Below are positions 46,303 to 60,400 of a DNA stretch of 64,000 nt, piece by piece. Both the position numbers and the translations under genes were made by a program. Position 1 is the stretch's first letter; the number at the start of each line of letters is the position of its first letter. The DNA is from the human T2T-CHM13v2.0 reference genome, Homo sapiens, in NCBI RefSeq assembly GCF_009914755.1, contig NC_060938.1. One strand, written 5' to 3'. The notes beneath the pieces were generated by a model. It made no database searches. It saw only the letters and a program-made list of their open reading frames with translations, and had not been told where the DNA came from.

Positions 46303-47537
46303 CGAGGGGTTTTCACAGATTTCATTAAAAATGTTTATTACAAAATCATAAATTTCAAAATTGCTTACACTAAAATAAACTTGTTTTAACTTGTTACAGC
46401 ACGTCAGAATAGGATCTATTTTAAGGCACTGAGAAAGAAAATACATCAATTTGAAAAACTGAAGCAAGAACATCAAATTTATAGTGAAGCTTGGGTGAAA
46501 GAAATGGTGAAATTGTCGATCCTTTATGAAAAGCTTATGAGAACAATGCCCCACATAAATCAGCAGTTTACAAAAGGATAACACATTTTAAGAAGGGACA
46601 GTAATTTGGAAGATGAAGCCTGCAGCAGCAGACCATCCCAATTTTCCAGGAAAAAAAAAATTAACCTTTTTCATGCCATCATTGAAGAGGACTGATTATT
46701 AACAGCAGAAACAAGAGCCAGCACTACAAATATCTTGATTGGTTCAGCTTATGCAACTCTAAAAAATTAAATTTGAGCAAACTTTCTACTCAATAAATGC
46801 CAAAACTGCTGTGCCCAGGTCTGCTGCAGAAAAGAGTAGAGCTTTTAAGAAAATTTTTAACAAGTGATATCAAGATCCTAAAGCATTTCTTCAAAGAATC
46901 ACAACAGGAGATAAAACATGGTTTTTCCAGTACAATCTTGATGACAAACACAATCAAAGTAAGGGCTACCAAGAGGTAGAAGTGGTTCAGTCAAAGCAAA
47001 AGAGAACTGGTCAAGAGCAAAGTTCATGGCAACAAATTTTGAGGATTTTCAAGACGTTTCATTTGTTGACTCGCTGGAAGGCCAAAAAACAATAACATCT
47101 ACTTATTTTGAGAGTATTTTGAGAAAGTTAGCAAAAGCTTTGGCACACAAATGCAAAAAAAATTTTACCAGACATGTTTTCTCCACCACGACAATGTTAT
47201 TGCTCATTCCTCTCATCAAATGAGGACATTTTGTGACAGTCTCAGTGGGAATTCATTACGCGTTCACCATACAGTTCTGACTTGGCTCCTTCTGACTTTT
47301 TGTTCTCTAATCTTAAAAAATCTTTAAATGTTTTCCCATTTTATTCTTCAGTTAATAAGGTACAAAGGATTGCATTGATCTGGTTAAATTCCCAGGATGC
47401 TCAGTTCTTTCTGGATGAACTAAATGGCTGGTATCATCAGTTAGGAAAGTGTCTTGAGCTTGATGGAGTTTTTGTTGAGAAACAGTATTTTTTAATCTTT
47501 TAATTCAATTTTCCACGAAGTTTTTAAAGTCCCCTTG
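46303..47537 (+). mobile_element. HSMAR2 mariner, near full length, transposase disrupted
   Basis: TA then cgagggg left TIR, right TIR ttttccacgaagtttttaaagtccccttg; motifs MPKLL (WVPKLL-like), LEGQKTITSTYFESILRKL, PYSSDLAPSDF. Confidence 0.92.
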
Positions 47538-47962
47538 TCTGTGTGTGTTTGTATGCTTATGTACAAGTGAAATGAATAACAGCAATGATACAAAGAACAA
47601 GAAGGAGAAGTTAATTTTGTATTACAAGGTACTTGCACTGATTGTAAAGTGGGATGATAGTGTTAGTTGAAAATGAACTTGGATTATCTGTAAATGTACT
47701 TTGCAAACTCTAGGTAAACCACTAAAAATATTAAAAAGTATAACTAATACACTAAGACAGTAAATAGAATAATGTAAAATGCTCAGTTAAAACTACAAAA
47801 GGCAAAAAAAGTATAAGACAACAACAAAGAACAAGGGCAACAAACAGAATAGAGTATCAAGTATGATATATATTAATTCAATGGTGTCAAAATAATTTTA
47901 AACACTAATGGTCTGTATATACCAATTGAAAAACAGATTGTCAGTGAATCACAACACAAACT

Positions 47963-48260
47963 GGCCAGGGATGGTGGCTCATGCCTGGAATCCCAGCACG
48001 TTTGGAGGCCGAGGCAGGAGGATTGCTTGTGCCCAGGAGTTCAAATACCAGCCTGGGCAACACAGTGAGACCCTGTCTCTACAAAAATAAATTTAAAATT
48101 AGCCAGGTATGATGGCACATGCCTGTAGTCTCAGCTTCTTGGAAGGCTGAGGTGGGGAGGATCGCTTGAACCCAGGAGATTGAGGTGGTAGTGAGCCATG
48201 ATTGTGTCACTGCACTTCAGCTGGGGCAACAGAGCAAAATCCTGTATTGGGGGAAAAAAA
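47963..48260 (+). mobile_element. AluJ element
   Basis: ggaggattgcttgtgcccaggagttc…agtgagaccctgtctctac J-type dimer. Confidence 0.93.
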
Positions 48261-49953
48261 CCACTCACTTTGAATATAAAGACACATGTCAATTACAAGT
48301 AAAGGGATAAAGAAAGATATACCATTATACCATGCTAACACTAATCAAAAGTAAGTGAAAGTAGCTGTATTAATTGCAGACAGAATAAACTTCAGGGCAA
48401 AGAATGTTATCAAGAATAAAGGGAAGCATTATATAGTAATAAAGGGGTTAATAACTCAAGAAGACATAACAATCCATAACATGTATATGCTTAACAACAG
48501 GGTATCAAAATACAGGTAGCAAAATAGAACTGCAAAGAAAAATGAATAAACTTACTATTATAGTTGAAGACTTTAACACACCTCTATCAGAAATGAACAG
48601 ATCCAGCAGTAAGAATTAGTAAGGACATAGTTGAATTCAACAGTGCCATCAATCAACTGAATATAATTGACATCCACAGACTACTTCATCCAAAAACAGT
48701 AAAATACACATTCTTCTTAAGTTTACATGAAACATTCATCAAGATACATCACACTGTGGACCATAAAACACACCTAAACAAATTTAGTAGAAATTATACA
48801 ATGTCTACTTTTCAGACCACAATGGAATTAAACTAAAAATCAATAACAGATAGCTGGAAAAGCTCAAAATATTTGGAGATTAAACAACACACTTCTAAAT
48901 AATATGGGTCAATAATAAAATATCAAGAAAAATGTAAAAATATAAACTAAATGAAAATAGAAATTAAATTTATCAAAATTTGAGGGATTCAGGAAAGCAA
49001 TGCTTAGAGGAAAATTTATAAGACATATTTTAGAAAAAAAGAAAGATCCAAAATTTATCCTGTAAGTTTCCACCTCAGGAAATTACAAAATAAACTCAAA
49101 GTAAGCAGAAGAAATAAAATAAAAATTAGAGCAGAAATTATTGAAATTGAAAACAGAAAATCAACAACGAAAATTAAAAAAACAACAAGAGCTAATTCTT
49201 TGAAAAGATCAGCAAAATCATTAAGTCTCTAGTCAATCCAAGGGAAAAAAAAGAAAACACAAACTGCTAGTATCATAAATGAAAGACTGGATTATAGATC
49301 CACTTGATATTGAAAGAATACTAAAGAGAAACAATAAATAACATGCCTACAAATTTGATTACCTAAATGAAGTGGACCAATTTTTTGAGAGACATAATCT
49401 GCCAAAAGTCACTCAAAAAGAAATAGATAATATGAATAGGCCTATATCTATTACGGAAATTGAAGAAATAACTTTCCAAAACAGAAAGCACCAGTTCCAG
49501 ATTCATTCACTGATAAAATTTCCCAATTATTTAAAAGAAGAGATTATACAAATTCTCTACAACTTCTTCCAAAAGACAGAAGAGAGGAAATACTCCCTAA
49601 CTCATTCTTTGAAGCCAGCATTACCCTAATATCTGAAACATACAAAGACATTACCAAAAAACAGATCAATCTCTCTCATGAACATAGATGCAAAAATTCT
49701 CAACAAAATATTAGCAGATCAAATGCAACCATATATAAAAAAATTATACATCACAACCAACTGGGATTTATCCCAGGCATAAAAGGTTTAATATTCAAAA
49801 ATCAGTTAATATTATCCATCACATCAACAGGCTAAAACATTATATAATATCAATAGGCATAGAAAAAGCATTTAATAAAATCTAACATTTTTATGATAAA
49901 AACTCTCAGTAAACTAGGAATAGAGGAGAATTTCCCCAACTTGATAAGGTATC

Positions 49954-49956
<3 letters not shown>

Positions 49957-49993
<37 letters not shown>
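49957..49993 (+). repeat. A37 homopolymer inside L1 ORF2 remnant
   Basis: Counted directly. Confidence 0.95.
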
Positions 49994-49994
<1 letters not shown>

Positions 49995-50457
49995 ACCCTA
50001 GAGCTAATATCAACATCATACTTTATATTGAGAAATGAAATGTTTCCCTTTTCACCGTCACTTTTCAATATTGTACTGGAATTCTTAGCCAATGCAGTAA
50101 GACAGAAAAGCGTAATAAAAGGTATACAGATTGAGAAGAAAGAAATAAAACTGTTTTTCCTTATAGAAGACATGATTGTCTATGTAGAAAATCTGAAAAA
50201 GTCTAGAATGAAACTACTGGAACTAATGGGAATTACAGCAAACTTTTAGGACAGAAGGTGGGTATATAAAAAGCCAACCACGTTCTTACATGCCAGCAAT
50301 GAACACATGGAATTTTTAATTAAAAACACTTTACAATCTATATTATCACCTTCCTCAAAATGAAATACTTCAGTATGAAACAAAATATGCAGATCTGTAT
50401 GAGAAAAACTTTAAAACTCTGATACAATATTTCAAATAAAAACTAAATTAAATTTCA

Positions 50458-50783
<326 letters not shown>

Positions 50784-53744
50784 CACCTAAATAAATGGAG
50801 AGAGAGAGAGTTCATGTTCCTGAATACAAAGAATCATTATTGTCAAGATGGCAGTTCTTCTCAAGTTGATTTATAAATTCAACACAATCCCAAAACACCA
50901 CCAAGTTATTTATTGGATATGAACAAACTTATTCTATAGGTTTTTATGGAAAGAGCCAGAATAGCCAGAATGAGATCAGAGGACTGACATCACCCCATGA
51001 AAGAACAGACAAATAAGTTAATGGAACAGAACAGAAAGCCCACACATAATTCCATACCAATACAGTCAACTGATGTTTTACAAAGGAACAAAGATAATAC
51101 CATGGAGCAAAGCTAATCTTTTTGATAAACAGTTCTGGAAAAATAACACACACATGCAAAAAATTCAATCTATACACAGACTTTACACCTTCACAAAAGT
51201 TTACTCAAAGGGAGTCATAAACCTAACTATAATACACAAAAGCATACAATTCTTAAAAGATAACATGAGATAAAACCTAAATGACCTTGGGTATGGTGAC
51301 AACATATAACACCAAAAAAGCACAATCTAGGAAAGAAATAATTGATAAGCTGAACTTTATTAAAGACTTTGCTCTGTGAAAGACAACATCAAAAGAATAA
51401 GAGAAGCCACAGACTAGAAGAAAATATTTACAAAAGACACATCTGTTAAAGGACAGACGTATAATTCTTAAAACTCAACAAAAAAGAAAAAAAATGGACC
51501 AAAGACCTGAACAGATGCCTGCACTTTGACACATGAGTTTTGTCAAAACTCTAAGAATGTATACTACCAAGAGTGAACCCCCATGTAAACTATGGACTTT
51601 GGGTGATAAAAATGTGCCAATGTGTTCAGCGTTTGTAATACATGTACCACTCTGGTGTGGAATGTTGATAGTGGGAGAGGTTGTCCATACATGGGGACAG
51701 GTAGCATATGGGAACTTTCTGTATTTTTCACTCAATTTAGCTGTGGACCTAAAGTTGCAATAAAAATAATGTTATTAATAAGAGTAGGATAAAATTCATG
51801 GTTTCTCCCTTACTGCTTACCTAACTATAGACAATATTTCACAGATAAAATTAGGACAGTAATTCTATGTCAATTGATGTTTACAAGTATTTTATTTTTC
51901 TTTGAAATCTAGTATTAAAGCAAACTCCTCAGTGACCAGTGAATCACTAGTCTAAGAACCCTACTTATTATATGTGGTAGTAGAACCTAAGCACTACTAT
52001 TTTTAGTAGTTCAGTAAAGAAAGTATAGTCAAAGAGATTGTGGCAGAAGGACGTTATAGTTATGAAGTGATTATCATACTTTCCTACCATTGCTTCAGCC
52101 TCAAGATTGCCTAGTATTTGATTGAAATCCTTCAGCAGTGAAAAAGTTCTAGGTTACTCATTTCTTGCTATTCTTGATTCAGTATTAGAGTTTCTTACAT
52201 CCTATCGACTTTCAAGTAATAAGAAATATTTACAGTTATGAAAGCCAAAATCATTCACCTTCCCCTAGGTTAATTTGTGAACAAAATGAACTTTTTAAAA
52301 AAAAGCCTGTATAAGAAACTATAGTGGAACTATAAGAAATGCAAATATTTTGGCTTAGTATGGGGAAAGCATTACCATTTAGATTTCTACATGAGGTTGG
52401 GTCAACCTAATATTGAAAAATGCATATTTTTGTTTTCCCAATGACCTTGAAATAGCAGAAAATACTACCAGCTTGGAAACATTACTGTTTACAACTCACC
52501 ACACTGGGAACCACAGGGATTTACAAGGTCAGGATGACAGGCATGTCATGTATTTGCATCATGTTTGAAATGTTAGTGGCATATCACACACATGGCTGGC
52601 ATATTCATGTTGAAATATTCACCTCAGTTCTTTCTGTCAAGCATGGTAAGTACAGGCAATATGACTCTCAGATATAGATAGTAAAAGAGCCTTCCTTTTT
52701 AGCTACTTTGCTCAAAGACCGTGAATTTATGCCTCTAGAATGCAGTCACTTTGAAACCTTCGGTGATTCTGTGTTATAGCTCAATGTACTCATTGCTTGT
52801 CCATTTGTTAAAACCAGTGGCCATGTTTAGGAATGAACAGAAGCATAAGTCCAATTTTTAGCCACCTATGTGGTAAGATGTAAACAGTTTATATCTTAGC
52901 TTATTATCTCCCAAATGTATTCACCCCTACAAGACATTATGGTTTTATAGCCTGGCTCCTAAATTCTTCAGATTACCTTGTTTGGGTAATGTAACTTCAT
53001 AGAGCCCTAAGAAGGCAGTGTACAGGTCAGGTAGATTACCAGTTGGAGGGGAAAAAAAAAACATACTGGAGGATAAAGTGTGGTTCTGGAAGGCTGTTCC
53101 AAAAGGGATGTCTCCATGATAACGAGCCTGAATGTTCTAGACTGACTAAAGCAAAGTGAAGGTGCTAAAAGGGAGTGGAGAAATCATCAAAATGCATTTT
53201 GCTTCTTTTATAATCTTGTTGATTTTTCCAAGGGCTACTTAGTATACTGACATTTCAAGAATTCTGCGGATTATTGATTTTTAAAGCACTAAGTCTGGAA
53301 CTTCTGGAATTGAAGGAGAAAACTGTTATCTTCTCTCACAGCGGTGGTCATTCATGGAAGTTCTTAAAAAGACAGCGAGAAGTTAAGTGTTTATAAATAC
53401 CTGTACTTAGTTGCTACTTTTACTAATGAAAACACTTTCAGAGCCCTTTTTCTTATGACAATCAGTCTGAATTCCTTTCTTGGCTTTAGGACATTAATAA
53501 CCTCTTTCCGAATATATTTTCCCTGTCCCAAATCTTTCTTCCACTTGTACCCACACAACTATGCTCAAAGTGTCCGCTCCTTTCAGAACACCTTATGTTA
53601 CCATTTATCCACCAATTTTCAAGAACTAGCTTAAGACACACCTCCATAAAGCCTCCCATATCTATAAAATTTTCCACAAATTTATATAGTATTTAATCTG
53701 ATCAAATAACCTAGCCTCATAATTATAGTGGTTAACAATATAGG

Positions 53745-54320
53745 CTCTACAAATATGGAAAAATGCTACAATTGGTGAATCTAAATGATGTTATATGGGT
53801 GTTTACTGTATTATTCTTAGCACTCTTCTGTAAATTTTTTTTCAAAAATTTGGGAAGGAAACGGAAGTCAGACAGCCCATTTTCAAATGCTAGTGCTGAA
53901 ACCCACCCTGATATTTCCTTGAGTGAGATCTCTCTGTGCCTCAGTTCTTTTGTAAAATGACAATTACAGTGCCTACACCAAAGGGTTTTTGTGATAATCA
54001 AATGAGATAAGGGCTATTAAAAGTTTAGTACAATATTTGCAAAATAAGTTATTTGAATAGCTATAATTGTCACTGTGTGTGATACAACAGTGATTAATAA
54101 TTCATTCTCTGCAGTCACATGACTATACTCATGTCCTGACTCCACCACTCTTTAGCTATGAGACTGTGCATAAATGCTGAACTTCTCTGAGCCTTGGTTC
54201 CTCTTTTTCTAAATTTTTAATACTTTATATGGGGGGGGACTTTTTTGATGATTACAAAGTTAATATATTTAGAGGATTTAGCACAGTATTTGGAAGATAA
54301 GCAATCAAAATTTGTTATCT
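53745..54320 (+). mobile_element. L1ME 3' tip (53745-53850) followed by two MIRs (about 53865-54070 and 54085-54320)
   Basis: ggtgaatctaaatgatgttatatgggtgtttactgtattattct; ctctctgtgcctcagttcttttgtaaaatg; aacttctctgagccttggttcctc. Confidence 0.7.
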
Positions 54321-54514
54321 CTATTGATCCTATAATAGTTCTTGAGAATAGTATTTAAAACCTTTTTATCATAGCAAAGTCTAAATTACTTTAACTACCT
54401 TACTGAGGCATAATTGACATACACAAAGTTGTATATACTTGATGTATACAACTTGATGAACAAATTAAATTTCTTAAAGATCTATGTATCTAAATATGAC
54501 ATATCATTAAGTAA

Positions 54515-54851
<337 letters not shown>

Positions 54852-55137
54852 AAAACCTACTCTTTTTAATTGGCATAATGAGTAACTTGCTCAGATTATG
54901 TTCTTAAATATTTATTGCAGTGAATTGAACAATTTGAAAATAATCTATTTTTTAATGGTGAGAAGAGAGGGTCAGAATAATACCCAGTCTGGGGGCAGGA
55001 AGATAACAACAACATCCATGAGGCAGGAATAACAAGTAGTTTTATTCTATGTGCCAACCATGATGGGAGGCCGTTGCCTGCTTTTAGTGCTGAAAGAGAT
55101 TTGGGGACTCATTAAGAAATTGAGTGTTCATACTCAT

Positions 55138-55370
55138 GAGTATTAATTAAGATAATGTTATCTGCTAGAACAGATAAACTTCGAACTTTCAGTGGCTTAA
55201 CACAATTGAGGATTATTTATTGCCATTACAATGTCCTAAAATGGGTGTTTCTGACTGACGGGGGTTGGGGGGGAAGGGGGGGAAGGAGGAGCATAGGGCA
55301 CTCACTGCCCCATGAAGTCACCGAAGGACCCAGATGGAATGGATGAAGGTTTATCCACCTTCAATATGTA
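55138..55370 (-). mobile_element. MLT1K/L-like LTR fragment
   Basis: tttcagtggcttaacacaa…gaagtcaccgaaggacccagatg. Confidence 0.5.
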
Positions 55371-55424
55371 TCTTTTGTGCTTTCAGTGTAAGAATTATAG
55401 ATTAGAAAAATCTAGAGTGTCTAA

Positions 55425-55923
<499 letters not shown>

Positions 55924-56344
55924 GGCCTCTGAGATTTTTGATTGAAGTAGATATACTTTAAGAAGATTAGTGACAATGGAACGTCTTTTGCTTAGAGAGT
56001 ATTTTTGGCTCTGTAAAGCAGAAAACTAGAAACTAGTATGAGTAGAAGTGGCAACAAAAATTTAAAAATAATACTTCTAAGCCTTAGCGTTAGGCCCAAG
56101 AGACACAGAAAACTAGTAAGTTCATATTTCCTTCTAGATTATGAAGCTTAACGGACAGTAAAAAGTATAAGGTGGTACTGGTGTAGAACTTCACTGTTTT
56201 GTTGTTGTTTCTCTTAGGTAACTTTATTGTAGTGGCCAGTGCAGAAGATTCTATGCCCTGAGTGAAGGCTCATAAATCAGCTTTAAATAAAGTCTCACTT
56301 TATTTGTATAGTTGAGAAATAAATTGCCTTTTTTTAGTTCTTAC

Positions 56345-56524
56345 AACATCACAAGCACTGGACAACTTGTAATCCCTCCAGAAAATCCACATAGCATCAT
56401 AGAAGCTCATTGTTAAGGGAACCATTTTCATCCTTTTCAGGCCAATGAAACAGACATTTCCTGTACTTGGAAACGCTGGGAAAGTAGCTCTCATGCTTCT
56501 GCCTACCCAGCTCACTTGCGCCTC
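56345..56524 (-). other. Candidate 180-nt exon
   Basis: gtcttttcctttag|GAGGCGCAAG…TGTGATGTT|gtaaga; open in phase 0. Confidence 0.3.
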
Positions 56525-57442
56525 CTAAAGGAAAAGACATTGCTTGTCTGACTAATAAGATTAGGAAAGTGCAGACACATAGCCTTGAGCTTGAGCCTCT
56601 TGTTTAGGATAATCCATTCTTAGAGTTCCCAACCTTGAGGGACAAGATGGGGTATGGGTAAGATGGCCTGTGGTTCTGACTGTGACTTGGTGAGCCATTT
56701 AATTGAGTGAAATGTGCTATAGGGAACCCCTATCATAGTCATACTTTTAATCCATCTTTTCTAATTCAACTATCATCAGTAAAACCTGTATTTTGATATT
56801 TACTTTCCTGACTCTTGTGCATATTTCTCAACTGGTTCTTAAACATAAAGGGAGAGGGTGCCATTTATTGGCCCCCAATTCCAACAGTTACCGAGATTGC
56901 TATTTCTTCCCCAAATCATTTCTAGCTTATTCTATTGCTTTATGGCTCTAAATAATAATAATTCTAACATCTGCAGCAACTTTATTGTTCTCACAGAGTC
57001 TCAGAAGAATGTAAAGGAAACAGGGGGAAAAGCAGAGTATTGAATATTTCATTTTGGTGAGATCCAGCAGCTTGATTTCCCCGTAGACCTATTTTCTTTT
57101 AAACCTGCAATATTAGTATTAGCAAAGTCGAGGTGACAAGGAGATACATTTAAATTCAGAAAGCCATGGTATCTTCAGTGAGCATTCCTGAGTAGTTTCA
57201 TCTTCTACCTCTTCCTCATACCAAACCAAACAGGATTAGATTAAGTGTATATTTTTAAGTTAAATTGTTGGCCTCTAGAATGTAACTTGACCCTTTGGCC
57301 TATTTCATCAGGGCCATAAGCACTGATGGAATGCAAGAAATAGTAATAAAGCCATAAGGCTGAATGAGGATCTGCTACAAATAGTCGACTTGTTTTACAC
57401 ATAAACACAATGATCAATTTCGATTGGTAAATTAATTAGATT

Positions 57443-60400
57443 GGAGGTGTAACAAGATGGCTAAATAGAAGCCTCAAGCAATCATTCCCCCTGCAATCCA
57501 TCACAGGAACACCAAATTGAAAAATTATCCACACAAGACATTACCTACATAAGAACCAAAAATCAAGTGAGCAATCACAGTACCTGGTTTTGGACATCAT
57601 ATAAGCAAAGAGGCACTGAAGAGAGTACAAAAGAGTCGAATTTCCTACAGCAACCCTCCTTCATCCCGTGGCAGCAGCCATGTGGCATGGAGAAAGAATG
57701 CATGCTTGGGGGAGGGACACGGAAGTGACTGTGTGACTTTGCATTGGAACCCAGTGCTGCCCTGTAACAGCTGGAAGCAACAGAGGGCAGAATTCAGCCA
57801 GTGCCAATGGAGAAAGCATTTAGACCAGACCTAGCCAGAGGGGAATCATCCATCCCAGCAGTAGGAACCTGAGTTCTGGATAGTCCACCACGGCAGGCTA
57901 AAGGGCTCTGTGGTTTTAAATAAATTTGAAAGTCAGTCTACACCACAAGGACTGCAGTTCCTGGGCAAATTCTGGCGCTGTGCTGGGCTTGGAGTTAGTG
58001 GACTAGGGGTACATGCAACCCAGTGAGACACTGGCTGTGAAGGCCAAGGGGGTGCTTATGTGGCCTCACCCCCAACCCCAGGCAGGGCAGCTCACAACAC
58101 CAGGAGAAACTCCTTTTGCTTTTGGAAAGGAGAGAGAAGAGTAAAGGACTTTATATTGCAAATTGGTTACTAGTTTAGCCACAGTAAAATAAAACACCAA
58201 GTAGAGTCCTAAAGTCCCCATTCTAGGATCTAGCTCATGGATGACATTTCTAGACTCATCCTGGCCCTGAAAAGAACCCACTGTCCTGAAGGGAAGGGCC
58301 TACTGATGGCAGGATTTGTTACCTGCTGACTAAAGAGTCCTTGGGCTTTGAATAAACATCAGTGGTAACTACGCAATAGTTACCACAGTCCTTGGATGAC
58401 ACCCAGTATTATGCTGGCTTCAGATATAACCCAACACAGTTCCATTGGTAGTAGCCATACACGTGCTTGAATCACTCCTGCCCCCAAATCCAGGCAGTTC
58501 AGCATGGAAAGAGAGACTCTGTATGTTTAAGGGAAAAGTAAAAGAAGAGAACAAGAGACTCTGATTGGTCATCCAGGGAATTCTCCCAGATCTTACCCAA
58601 GTACACCAACATGTTACCTCTATGAGTCTACAAGAACTACAGCATTACTAGGCTTGGTGGGGGGGGGGGGGGGTCCCCTAATAGAGATATGGCTGCAGTG
58701 ACCAAAGACTTAGATCACAACACTCAATTCTCTTTGAACACTTGGAAAGCCTTCTCAAGAAGAATGTGTGCAAACAAGCCCAGACAGCAAAGATTAGAAT
58801 AAATACCTATTTCTTCAATGTGCAGGCATTGACAATATCCACAATCATCAAGACCATCAGGAAAACATGACCTCACCTAATGAACTAAGGCACCAGTGAC
58901 CAATCCCAGAGTAACAGAGATATGTGACCTTTCGGACAGATTAAATCAAACTGGCTGTTTTGAGAATGCTGAACAAAATTCAAGACAACATAGAGAGGGA
59001 ATTCAAAATAAAATTTAATGAAGATATTGAAATAACTTTAAAAAATTTAGCAGATATTCTGGAGCTGAAAAATTCAATTGACAAATTGAAGAAAACATCA
59101 AGTCTCTCAAAAGAAGAATAGATCCAGCAGAAGAATTAATAAGCTTGAAGACAGTCTATCTGAAAATAGAGAAAACAAAAGAACAAAAAAGAAGAAGAAT
59201 GAAATGTGAAACATGCCTATAAGATCTAGAAAATAGCCTCAAAAGGGCAAATCTAAGAGTAATTGGCCTTAAAGAGAGAGTAAAGAGATTGGAGGAAACA
59301 GTTTATTCAGAGAGTTAATTACAGAGATCTTTCCAAGCCCAGGATATCAATATTCAAATACAAGAAGGTTATAGAACACCAAGAAGATTAAACCCAAATA
59401 TGACTACCTGTAGACATTTAATACTCAAACTTCCAAAGGTAAAAAATAAAGAAAGGATCCTAAAATCAGCAGAGGAGAAAAGTAACATATCCAATACTAT
59501 GGCATCAGACTTTCCAGTGAAAACTTAATAGGCTAGGAGTGACAGGACATATTTAAAGTTCTGAAGAAAAAAAAAACACCTTTTATCCTAGAATATCATA
59601 ACCAGTGAAAATACCCTTCAAACATGAAGGGGAAGTAAGAATTTTCTCAGAAAAAACTTAAGGCACTACATCAACAAATATTTTCTACCAGAAATGCTAT
59701 AGGGAGTTCTTCAAAAAAAAAGATGTTAACAAGCAATAAAACATTATCTGAAGGTACAAAACTCACTAGTAAGTACACAAATACCAAATATTATAACACT
59801 AATTGTGGTATGTAAACTACTCATACCTTGAATAAGAACACTAAAAGATAAACCTATCAAGAATAATAACTACAAAAACTTTTAAAGACATTTCTATTTA
59901 TCGGATATAAATAGAAACAAAAAGTTAAAAGCAGGAGAGATACAGTTCAAGTACAGAATTTTTATTAGCTTTCTCTTTCCTTATTTGTTTGTTTGCTTTT
60001 GCAATCAATGTTAAGTTGTCATCAGTTTAAAATAGTACGTTATGTTATTTGCAAGCCTCATGGTAATCTCAAATAAAAAACCATGCAATATACAAAATAT
60101 CAAAAGCAAGACATTAGAACATATTACCAGAGAAAAATAAGAAGATGGATGGATAGATGGATGGAAGGAAGGAAGGAAGGAAGGAACCACAAGACAACCA
60201 GAAAACAAATGGCAAAAGGGCAGTAGTATGTCTTTACTTATTAATAATAACATTGAATATAAATGGACTAAACTCTTCAATCAAATGTCATAGAGTGGCT
60301 GAATGAACAACAACAATAACAACTCCTCCTCCCCAAATATCTGTTGCCTATAAGAAATGTATTTCATCTGTAAAGACACACAGAGACTGAAAATAAAGTG

